This document shows, one piece after another, positions 53,500-64,000 of a stretch of 64,000 nucleotides of DNA; the first letter of the stretch is position 1, and every line of letters begins with the position of its first letter. The DNA comes from Lobosporangium transversale. Taxonomy: Eukaryota. The stretch lies in assembly GCF_002105155.1 (NCBI RefSeq), contig NW_019029008.1:372001-436000 (forward strand), read 5' to 3'. Position numbers and translations under genes: made by a program. The notes under the pieces were generated by a model. The model was not told the DNA's origin and did not search any database. It saw only the letters and a program-made list of their open reading frames with translations.

Positions 53500-53741
53500 G
53501 CTCAGAACGCGTTTTCTCATCATTCCAGCCCTATGCCATTTGACCATGAGTATGTTTTCCCCCAATAAATGCGTAGCTGCAAGCGGTATTTGCCAAAGTT
53601 ATATAAGGCTACAATATATACTGGGTTTGAGCTAGCAACTATATGCGGCTAAAATATATTCGTGGCAAATGGTAAAGGTGCTGGTCAGAATAAGGGAGGA
53701 GTAAGCATCCAACCCTCTTTGCATTCATCATGTTATATAGC
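53500..53741 (-). ncRNA. Putative box C/D RNA, unit A (left arm, most diverged)
   Basis: All four boxes are kept although the C-D' segment sequence differs; mirror of 62968-63209. Confidence 0.5.
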
Positions 53742-56700
53742 TCTGCACAATCCGCCGACAAAGTTCTAACGGACACAAAGCGCATAAGGAGTAGAGGCTG
53801 TCGTAAAATCAACACTCTTGAAGTGAACACAGAATGCGAGTGAGAGAGCGAATAAAATAATAAAGTAAAATAAAATAAAAAAAAAAAGAATCTCAATAAT
53901 ACTTTTCTTTTCGACTTAGCTTTGGGCCTTGAATAGAGTTGGCTCCTGCTCCTGTGGATGGGAAAAGGTGGAGTGCGTTGGGAGAGAAAAAGAAAGAAGA
54001 AAAGAGAAAAAGGAAAAAAAAAAAAGCTTTTTATGCACCTTTTTTTGGTGGCGAAACAAGGTCATAAGTCATGTGAAATCCTTTGAACGCAAATATTCGC
54101 GTCATCTTTACTTTTTAATTTTATTTCTTAAGCTTTTTTCAAAAAAGCAAATCCTAGTACTCCTTTCTTACCTTACTCAGCTCACCACTGAACCACAGTC
54201 AACAATAGCTTGCCTAGCCAACAAGCTCTGGAACGCGATCTTCTATCTACCACTTTATCGCACAATCGAGCTGTGCCGTATTTATTGTACTTGTTCAAAT
54301 TCGACATATTATTTTTGATCCTTCAGTGCGAAGCAAAGATTAAAATATGCTATTTCTTCATTGCGAGAAAAGCCAGGGCCAGGAGCGAGAGCAGGACCAG
54401 GATCTCTGGGCATACATGCACTCACTTGTGAAATAACCCAACACGCCCAACCCTTTTAAATATGTTTCTATTATGAAGGAACTTCGACCATGCTAAAGCC
54501 AAGAGGAGGACTTCATAATAATGCTTCCAATGGGACCACCTCGCTTCAGGCACCCGTACGCCTTTATGGCCACATCAAATCGAATATGTCGCTTCTTCGT
54601 AACAAAAAAGAGAAACCTGGCTCCGTTGGCTGTCATCGCTAGCATGGTTGGTCGTCATAGCATGTTTGCAGGAATGAGCCTCCTCCAACATTCCTTGTAC
54701 CGCCATCAGCAATTCTATACAAAAACCAGTAGGTAGCAGCAAAGTGCTGGCTTTAAATCCGACATCATCTCTATCTCCAGAGTCAACAAGCGAGGCTAGA
54801 TAAATGGAACATCAGCAAGGACTGATGTAACAGTGAAGCATCCGAAACATCCTTGTATCTGACTGAGGAGCAGGTTCAGGGGCAGGTCTATATTTGATAA
54901 TGTTTTGTAAGGCTATACGTGGGTCGATAGTTGTCCTTGCCTAGATTTGACGAAGCAAGGCAACACTGCATAGCATATAAATATGTAAGTTATAGCAATC
55001 CTTTATGTTGCGAGCAAGCTATTTTATTTTACTTTTTACCAAAAAAAAAAAAAAAAAAAAAAAAAAGCATCAAGGAAATTGAGCTCCTAAAAAAACCTTC
55101 AAAGGAGATTGTAGATCAACATGGACTCTTTTAACAGAAAGGAATATTAACACTGAGTCAGGATACACGTGGTTGTCATTCAGGACATAAAGAGCTTCGT
55201 GGTGCCCACCAATGTTATTTTAAATATTGAAAGAGATAAAACTATTATGGATGAATTTAAGTAGCGTAGTGTTATAAATCCTTGAATAATCGGCCCCTGC
55301 GTTTAGCTCAGGTTTTGAGCTTTATTGTAAAGATAAATTCGAAAGGCAATGGTTATTTATTCTTATAAATGCCAAAAAGTAGCGTTAATATTTCAGTTAC
55401 TATTATATATGCAAATAAAGTATTGTGTATTGGAGAAGACGTTCCATCCCTAGTCCACCTTGTAGCATCCGTTTGATTGTTTTTTTTTGTCAATGTGTAA
55501 ACTAGATCTGTTACTATTACAAAATGAAGCTTGAAACCCCTCTTTATCCTCTTCTACAAAACCAAGCACATGCTGTCGGTGTGTTTGCTGAAGCTTCGAC
55601 TCCATTTTCGTTGTAGTTTCTTGCATAACTGATGCTTGAGTCTAATTAGCCTATTAGTGGTTAATTTACAGTCATCGTGCTCTTTGACCTTTTAAGTCCC
55701 CCAACCATCGGTGCCAATGTGAAATAACATTTGCAGCCAATGGTGATGATACAATTCAGCCATTAATATATCCTCTGGTGCGAGACGCGTATTCAAGCCA
55801 TGGGAGTAGAATCAAGAAGAAGTTTGCTGATCAATGATGCTTTAGTCTTTTTTATATTTTTATACCTTTTTATTAATGTAGCTGCTAGGTGAGAATAGCA
55901 CTCTGGATGCTACAAACGCTTACCTGTAGAACACATATGAGATGACCTGGTTAAATATGAGTCCTATTTGAGACGAGTATTTATAGCTGCTCCAGTTCTT
56001 GTTATGCATGTTGTTGTGATGGAATGGTCGAAATAGAGTTTGATCATTCTGCAAGAGGCTGTTGCTTTGATGGTTTGAATGCACATGTTTCAATTTGGTG
56101 GCGCACTTGCCAAGACAAGACAAACGAGACAAGACAACGAGCTCGATACACAGTTCTGCAGGTCTAAGAAAGTGGGCAGAAAAAGGAGATCCCCAGACAA
56201 GCACAGCATGCTGGCCTTGCGACAAAGACTTGGACTCTAGAGAAAGGACAATAAAAGCTGAGGCTTTCTCATTATGAAGTCACCATTGCCATATAAACAT
56301 GACGATGCCAGAAAGATCTTTTTTTATTTCCATTTTGACTCCCATAATGAATAGTAGAGTGTTGATGAGTAATTGTGCATAAATAAATAACAAAAAGGCA
56401 CCAGACTCTTCGCCTGCCTGCCGCGAAGCAGACAACCCAGGGCGCACCACGTGGAGGTGGTCTGGTTGCGTGCCCCCCGGGCCATAAACCCTAGAGCAGT
56501 CTACCGACACGCCCGTCGCAGGGCCCAACCCGCCATCCAACCTACAGCGTCCTGCAGGCTGCAAATGGAGTCCGTTGGACATTGCCTAGTGCTCTCGAGC
56601 GCACTAATCCAATGCTTTGGAGGCCGTTAGAGATTCAAAAGAGGGAGGAAAGAGAGGTCTTTTTATACATTGTCAGGACCTAGCGACTTGCTTTCTTTTC

Positions 56701-57159
56701 ATTTTTCACCAACCTTTGACATGTCGATCGATTGTGGAACCTTTTTTCCATATGAAAAGCGCTTCGCAATTTGAGGTTTTTTCATCTTTTTTCAAGAAAT
56801 TGCAGTCCTATTTCCCTCTAATGCTATTGAATGAAAATGCATTTAGTTTCTCTTCATCCTCTGAGATATCTAATAAGCATCCATATGGCTACAATCCCAT
56901 CTGCCTTTGACAATCAACAGCATCCTGGTTCTTTTTATTTTTATTTGGCGTGGTCTGTGCTCTCATACCAACAGAGTTTGTTTGTTTGCTTGTTTTGGTA
57001 AGATTGCAAGACAACAAAGAGAGCAGAGAGTGGGCGGAGTGGGTGAATATATTTTACTGCACTTTGACACAGAGATGTAGATGTGCGTAGTCGCAACCTT
57101 AAACAAAACTATCCCGAGAAACACATTGTCTTGCCTGTCTTACTGCTTTGAGGAACTGC

Positions 57160-57245
57160 ATTGTCAGGATTGTCAGGATTGTCAGGATTGTCAGGATTGT
57201 CAGGGTGGTCGGGATTGTCAGGATTGTTAGGATTATTAGGATTGT
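57160..57245. repeat. 9-bp tandem repeat (ATTGTCAGG)n, ~9 units
   Basis: ATTGTCAGG x5 then degenerate units; mirror at ~59465-59550. Confidence 0.9.
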
Positions 57246-58049
57246 ACCATGTTTATTAGATATTTCACACCGTCAAGCCATATTTGATTATACAACTCAC
57301 AACAATTGACTGCGGATGAAAAGAAAAAAGAAAAAAATTACATACCAAGTTGCCTATCCACTTCTCGTCTAACATTGGTGGCAAAAGAAAACAAAGCACT
57401 AAACCCAGGTCTAACCTTCCTGAACCTTCTTCACCATCATTGCTAAATGTTTAATTAGCATGCAATTGCTATTTGTTCACTCCTGTCTCATTGCATTGAT
57501 TGTAGAAAAAGAAAATAATCCTTTATGTATTTTTGTTTTTGTTCATGAGACTTTGGACTAAGGAGTATCATATTATGGATCCGCTGCAATAATGCTCTGT
57601 AAAGCTGAATGGGCTTTATCGCTTCTTTCTTCACTTCTTGGTCTTACTTAGTCACTTCTCTTCAGCTTCTCTCTCGCTTCTTGACCTGTCTCTCTTAACC
57701 ACCTCTCTCTTCACTCCTTGCACACCGCCTCTCCACAACCAATCCGCGACGAGTCCCAGTAAGGCACCTCCGCTACCAAAGTGGCTTCTTCATAAGTTTG
57801 TATACTATACTACACTCTATATTTATAATCGCAAGGCCTTATTGTCAATGCCAGAACCAAATATCAAAGTATCCATGAATCCTACAGCTATCTCTCATAT
57901 CTCTGTTCATATCCCTTACTTCTAGAATACAAAGGATGAGCGCTAGAAAAAACACACAGCAACGGGAGTGCCAGTGCCTGCTGAAGCTGTTACACCTAAG
58001 TAGCAGGAGGAGTTGATTAATATCGACGTAGCTCTTTTTACGTGTCGTC

Positions 58050-58620
58050 CAAAGGATGATTACACCTGCTCGAGATACTTAATGTGATGGAAATAAACGA
58101 ATAACCATTGGCTCAGCTCCTGTTAGATGTGTTCAGTTCGGATAATCAGAACATCGAAGAAGTATCCAGAGCTTTTACAAAAACAAAGGCCTGACTCCAT
58201 AGTCAGGATCTGGGCCTTGCGATTAAATCCGAAGGGCTTCACAATGGATCTGGCAATTTCTCTGAAACCATAGCAGGAATTGTCGTTGAAGGTGCAAAAA
58301 GCGAGCTCGAGGAGCTTACTTGAACTGACAATCTGAAGTCCCTAGCCAACAATCTGTCCTCTACGCTGGCTCAGTAAATCTAATTGAAAAAAAAAAAAAA
58401 AAAAAAAAAATGACATCAGCACCCCTCCTCTTCAAGATCATTTACACCTTGACGCATGTCAACCGTAGGTCCATTAAATACTTAATAGCTGCTGCTGCCA
58501 CCGTCCTTAGTATGTTGGAGAAATTCTGTTCTCCGGAATCGAACTACTTGCAGATGATGATGGGACTTCATTTGCATGTCTTGGGATGTCCGAAGCGTGT
58601 GATAAATTTGCTAACAGGAA
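58050..58620 (+). pseudogene. Decayed fragment of a transposon-like protein (DUF6589-associated type) in the palindrome spacer
   Basis: SAPLLFKII...VLSML...SPESNYLQMMMGLHLHVLGCPKRVINLL, with upstream stop-ridden frame LLDVFSSDNQNI...IVVEGAKSELEEL. Family call from memory of the N-x-Q...GL.L...G.PKRVI..L pattern. Confidence 0.4.
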
Positions 58621-61600
58621 CTCATTCAGATGCGTTAGCTACTTCAGAAAGTTCGTCATTTCCTTCGGAATGAACGATAGGGTTGAAGTTAGGGTATCCG
58701 ATAGAATTGTCATCGCGACGCTGTTCAAAAGCCCTGGTTCGATCGAAATGTCTGTCAATAATTCGGTGCAGCTGCTCCGGTGTCCCAGGAGTAAGGGATA
58801 TGAACAGAGATATGAGAGATAGCTGTAGGATTCATGGATACTTTGATATTTGGTTCTGGCATTGACAATAAGGCCTTGCGATTATAAATATAGAGTGTAG
58901 TATAGTATACAAACTTATGAAGAAGCCACTTTGGTAGCGGAGGTGCCTTACTGGGACTCGTCGCGGATTGGTTGTGGAGAGGCGGTGTGCAAGGAGTGAA
59001 GAGAGAGGTGGTTAAGAGAGACAGGTCAAGAAGCGAGAGAGAAGCTGAAGAGAAGTGACTAAGTAAGACCAAGAAGTGAAGAAAGAAGCGATAAAGCCCA
59101 TTCAGCTTTACAGAGCATTATTGCAGCGGACCCATAATATGATACTCCTTAGTCCAAAGTCTCATGAACAAAAACAAAAATACATAAAGGATTATTTTCT
59201 TTTTCTACAATCAATGCAATGAGACAGGAGTGAACAAATAGCAATTGCATGCTAATTAAACATTTAGCAATGATGGTGAAGAAGGTTCAGGAAGGTTAGA
59301 CCTGGGTTTAGTGCTTTGTTTTCTTTTGCCACCAATGTTAGACGAGAAGTGGATAGGCAACTTGGTATGTAATTTTTTTCTTTTTTCTTTTCATCCGCAG
59401 TCAATTGTTGTGAGTTGTATAATCAAATATGGCTTGACGGTGTGAAATATCTAATAAACATGGTACAATCCTAATAATCCTAACAATCCTGACAATCCCG
59501 ACCACCCTGACAATCCTGACAATCCTGACAATCCTGACAATCCTGACAATGCAGTTCCTCAAAGCAGTAAGACAGGCAAGACAATGTGTTTCTCGGGATA
59601 GTTTTGTTTAAGGTTGCGACTACGCACATCTACATCTCTGTGTCAAAGTGCAGTAAAATATATTCACCCACTCCGCCCACTCTCTGCTCTCTTTGTTGTC
59701 TTGCAATCTTACCAAAACAAGCAAACAAACAAACTCTGTTGGTATGAGAGCACAGACCACGCCAAATAAAAATAAAAAGAACCAGGATGCTGTTGATTGT
59801 CAAAGGCAGATGGGATTGTAGCCATATGGATGCTTATTAGATATCTCAGAGGATGAAGAGAAACTAAATGCATTTTCATTCAATAGCATTAGAGGGAAAT
59901 AGGACTGCAATTTCTTGAAAAAAGATGAAAAAACCTCAAATTGCGAAGCGCTTTTCATATGGAAAAAAGGTTCCACAATCGATCGACATGTCAAAGGTTG
60001 GTGAAAAATGAAAAGAAAGCAAGTCGCTAGGTCCTGACAATGTATAAAAAGACCTCTCTTTCCTCCCTCTTTTGAATCTCTAACGGCCTCCAAAGCATTG
60101 GATTAGTGCGCTCGAGAGCACTAGGCAATGTCCAACGGACTCCATTTGCAGCCTGCAGGACGCTGTAGGTTGGATGGCGGGTTGGGCCCTGCGACGGGCG
60201 TGTCGGTAGACTGCTCTAGGGTTTATGGCCCGGGGGGCACGCAACCAGACCACCTCCACGTGGTGCGCCCTGGGTTGTCTGCTTCGCGGCAGGCAGGCGA
60301 AGAGTCTGGTGCCTTTTTGTTATTTATTTATGCACAATTACTCATCAACACTCTACTATTCATTATGGGAGTCAAAATGGAAATAAAAAAAGATCTTTCT
60401 GGCATCGTCATGTTTATATGGCAATGGTGACTTCATAATGAGAAAGCCTCAGCTTTTATTGTCCTTTCTCTAGAGTCCAAGTCTTTGTCGCAAGGCCAGC
60501 ATGCTGTGCTTGTCTGGGGATCTCCTTTTTCTGCCCACTTTCTTAGACCTGCAGAACTGTGTATCGAGCTCGTTGTCTTGTCTCGTTTGTCTTGTCTTGG
60601 CAAGTGCGCCACCAAATTGAAACATGTGCATTCAAACCATCAAAGCAACAGCCTCTTGCAGAATGATCAAACTCTATTTCGACCATTCCATCACAACAAC
60701 ATGCATAACAAGAACTGGAGCAGCTATAAATACTCGTCTCAAATAGGACTCATATTTAACCAGGTCATCTCATATGTGTTCTACAGGTAAGCGTTTGTAG
60801 CATCCAGAGTGCTATTCTCACCTAGCAGCTACATTAATAAAAAGGTATAAAAATATAAAAAAGACTAAAGCATCATTGATCAGCAAACTTCTTCTTGATT
60901 CTACTCCCATGGCTTGAATACGCGTCTCGCACCAGAGGATATATTAATGGCTGAATTGTATCATCACCATTGGCTGCAAATGTTATTTCACATTGGCACC
61001 GATGGTTGGGGGACTTAAAAGGTCAAAGAGCACGATGACTGTAAATTAACCACTAATAGGCTAATTAGACTCAAGCATCAGTTATGCAAGAAACTACAAC
61101 GAAAATGGAGTCGAAGCTTCAGCAAACACACCGACAGCATGTGCTTGGTTTTGTAGAAGAGGATAAAGAGGGGTTTCAAGCTTCATTTTGTAATAGTAAC
61201 AGATCTAGTTTACACATTGACAAAAAAAAACAATCAAACGGATGCTACAAGGTGGACTAGGGATGGAACGTCTTCTCCAATACACAATACTTTATTTGCA
61301 TATATAATAGTAACTGAAATATTAACGCTACTTTTTGGCATTTATAAGAATAAATAACCATTGCCTTTCGAATTTATCTTTACAATAAAGCTCAAAACCT
61401 GAGCTAAACGCAGGGGCCGATTATTCAAGGATTTATAACACTACGCTACTTAAATTCATCCATAATAGTTTTATCTCTTTCAATATTTAAAATAACATTG
61501 GTGGGCACCACGAAGCTCTTTATGTCCTGAATGACAACCACGTGTATCCTGACTCAGTGTTAATATTCCTTTCTGTTAAAAGAGTCCATGTTGATCTACA

Positions 61601-62967
61601 ATCTCCTTTGAAGGTTTTTTTAGGAGCTCAATTTCCTTGATGCTTTTTTTTTTTTTTTTTTTTTTTTTGGTAAAAAGTAAAATAAAATAGCTTGCTCGCA
61701 ACATAAAGGATTGCTATAACTTACATATTTATATGCTATGCAGTGTTGCCTTGCTTCGTCAAATCTAGGCAAGGACAACTATCGACCCACGTATAGCCTT
61801 ACAAAACATTATCAAATATAGACCTGCCCCTGAACCTGCTCCTCAGTCAGATACAAGGATGTTTCGGATGCTTCACTGTTACATCAGTCCTTGCTGATGT
61901 TCCATTTATCTAGCCTCGCTTGTTGACTCTGGAGATAGAGATGATGTCGGATTTAAAGCCAGCACTTTGCTGCTACCTACTGGTTTTTGTATAGAATTGC
62001 TGATGGCGGTACAAGGAATGTTGGAGGAGGCTCATTCCTGCAAACATGCTATGACGACCAACCATGCTAGCGATGACAGCCAACGGAGCCAGGTTTCTCT
62101 TTTTTGTTACGAAGAAGCGACATATTCGATTTGATGTGGCCATAAAGGCGTACGGGTGCCTGAAGCGAGGTGGTCCCATTGGAAGCATTATTATGAAGTC
62201 CTCCTCTTGGCTTTAGCATGGTCGAAGTTCCTTCATAATAGAAACATATTTAAAAGGGTTGGGCGTGTTGGGTTATTTCACAAGTGAGTGCATGTATGCC
62301 CAGAGATCCTGGTCCTGCTCTCGCTCCTGGCCCTGGCTTTTCTCGCAATGAAGAAATAGCATATTTTAATCTTTGCTTCGCACTGAAGGATCAAAAATAA
62401 TATGTCGAATTTGAACAAGTACAATAAATACGGCACAGCTCGATTGTGCGATAAAGTGGTAGATAGAAGATCGCGTTCCAGAGCTTGTTGGCTAGGCAAG
62501 CTATTGTTGACTGTGGTTCAGTGGTGAGCTGAGTAAGGTAAGAAAGGAGTACTAGGATTTGCTTTTTTGAAAAAAGCTTAAGAAATAAAATTAAAAAGTA
62601 AAGATGACGCGAATATTTGCGTTCAAAGGATTTCACATGACTTATGACCTTGTTTCGCCACCAAAAAAAGGTGCATAAAAAGCTTTTTTTTTTTTCCTTT
62701 TTCTCTTTTCTTCTTTCTTTTTCTCTCCCAACGCACTCCACCTTTTCCCATCCACAGGAGCAGGAGCCAACTCTATTCAAGGCCCAAAGCTAAGTCGAAA
62801 AGAAAAGTATTATTGAGATTCTTTTTTTTTTTATTTTATTTTACTTTATTATTTTATTCGCTCTCTCACTCGCATTCTGTGTTCACTTCAAGAGTGTTGA
62901 TTTTACGACAGCCTCTACTCCTTATGCGCTTTGTGTCCGTTAGAACTTTGTCGGCGGATTGTGCAGA

Positions 62968-63209
62968 GCTATATAACATGATGAATGCAAAGAGGGTTGG
63001 ATGCTTACTCCTCCCTTATTCTGACCAGCACCTTTACCATTTGCCACGAATATATTTTAGCCGCATATAGTTGCTAGCTCAAACCCAGTATATATTGTAG
63101 CCTTATATAACTTTGGCAAATACCGCTTGCAGCTACGCATTTATTGGGGGAAAACATACTCATGGTCAAATGGCATAGGGCTGGAATGATGAGAAAACGC
63201 GTTCTGAGC
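62968..63209 (+). ncRNA. Putative box C/D RNA, unit A (right arm)
   Basis: Box C ATGATGA 62978-62984, D' CTGA 63021-63024, C' ATGATGA 63186-63192, D CTGA 63204-63207. Confidence 0.5.
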
Positions 63210-63300
63210 AAGGGCCACTTGGCTCTTTTATTTTTTTTTATTTTAACTTTTTTATCCTTCAGTTCTCCCCTTATCTTTTATTCTTTAGGACTAGCGTTGG

Positions 63301-63538
63301 GCTCTAAATGATGAATACACAGACGGGTAACCCGCAGTTGCCGTCACTCTGACCATAAGCCTCGCCGTTTGCCACGAATATGTTTTAGCCGCATATAATT
63401 GCTAGCTCAAACCCAGTACATATTATAGCCTCATATAACTTTGGCAAATACCGCTTGCAGCTACACAATTACCGGGGAAAAACATACTCGCGACCAAATG
63501 ACATAGGACTGGGGATGATGAGACAATGCATTCTGAGC
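63301..63538 (+). ncRNA. Putative box C/D RNA, unit B (right arm)
   Basis: Box C 63308-63314, D' 63349-63352, C' 63515-63521, D 63533-63536. Confidence 0.5.
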
Positions 63539-63796
63539 AAGGCCCCACCTGGTTTTTTTTATTTTTTTATTTTCTCTTTTATTATTCTTTTATTATTTAT
63601 TTTTGTTTTTCTTTTGTTTTTTCTTTTGTTTTTCTTTTGTTTTTCTTTTGTTTTTCTTTTGTTTTTCTTTTGTTTTTTTTTTCTTTTTCTTTTGTTTTTC
63701 TTTTTCTTTTCTTTTCTTTTCTCTCTTTTTTTTCTTTAATTTTATTTTTTATTTTTAAACCCCTTTAACTTTTTCATTCTTTAGGTCTAGCATTGG

Positions 63797-64000
63797 GCTC
63801 TAAAATGATGAATACCAGACGGATAACCCGCAGTTACCGTCACTCTGACCATAAGCCTCGCTATTTGCCACGAATATGTTTTAGCCGTATATAATTGCTA
63901 GCTCAAACCCAGTACATATTGTAACCTCATATAACTTTGGCAAATACCGCTTGCAGCTACACAATTATCGGGGAAAAACATATTCGCGACCAAATGGCAT
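63797..64000 (+). ncRNA. Putative box C/D RNA, unit C (right arm, truncated by window end)
   Basis: Box C ATGATGA 63805-63811 and D' CTGA ~63846-63849; mirror of 52675-52912. Confidence 0.45.

Larger units (their letters stand above)
52709..57920 (+). repeat. Left arm of a giant inverted repeat
   Basis: Reverse complement of 58790-64000. Mirrored ORFs in the track (coordinate sums 116709/116710). The outer limit is set by the window end. Confidence 0.97.
58790..64000 (-). repeat. Right arm of the giant inverted repeat (runs off the window)
   Basis: Reverse complement of 52709-57920; only a few differences noticed. Confidence 0.97.

Noticed and set aside
52675..53741. Assigning the C/D-like units to U3, U14, snR45 or snR190
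   Set aside because: No U3 box A/B and no U14 domain B. Only partial 8-9 nt rRNA complementarities (TTGGCAAAT, CCCTTATTC), not correctly placed relative to D boxes.
57160..57245. Short tandem array considered as CRISPR-like or telomeric
   Set aside because: Head-to-tail 9-mers without unique spacers, no cas genes, eukaryotic context, internal position.

Overview
Eukaryotic fungal DNA (GT-AG introns, long A/T homopolymers, Crinkler genes; the style suggests an early-diverging Mucoromycota/Mortierellaceae-type fungus, which is inference). Three zones. (1) 1-13 kb is a mobile/accessory island: virus-like gene relics, a decayed PIF/Harbinger(IS5)-type transposon with hairpin TIRs and an 8-bp TSD, a 119-bp MITE, two convergent Crinkler (CRN) NTPase+nuclease genes and an intact Tc1/mariner element. 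(2) 14-45 kb holds housekeeping genes: hotdog thioesterase, chitin synthase, TM9SF/EMP70, L-threonine 3-dehydrogenase, pepsin-like protease, phospholipid scramblase, HAD phosphatase, Edc1/PNRC-like decapping activator and type II NADH dehydrogenase. (3) 45-64 kb is repeat-rich: a decayed Mutator-like element whose transposase carries a GCM-type DNA-binding domain, a second MITE copy, and a near-perfect inverted duplication with arms of at least 5.2 kb around an 869-bp spacer. Each arm carries a tandem trio of ~235-nt units that keep box C/D'/C'/D motifs around a long hairpin. This possible orphan C/D RNA family is the best candidate for something undescribed. All domain calls are by-eye motif recognition; no searches were run.
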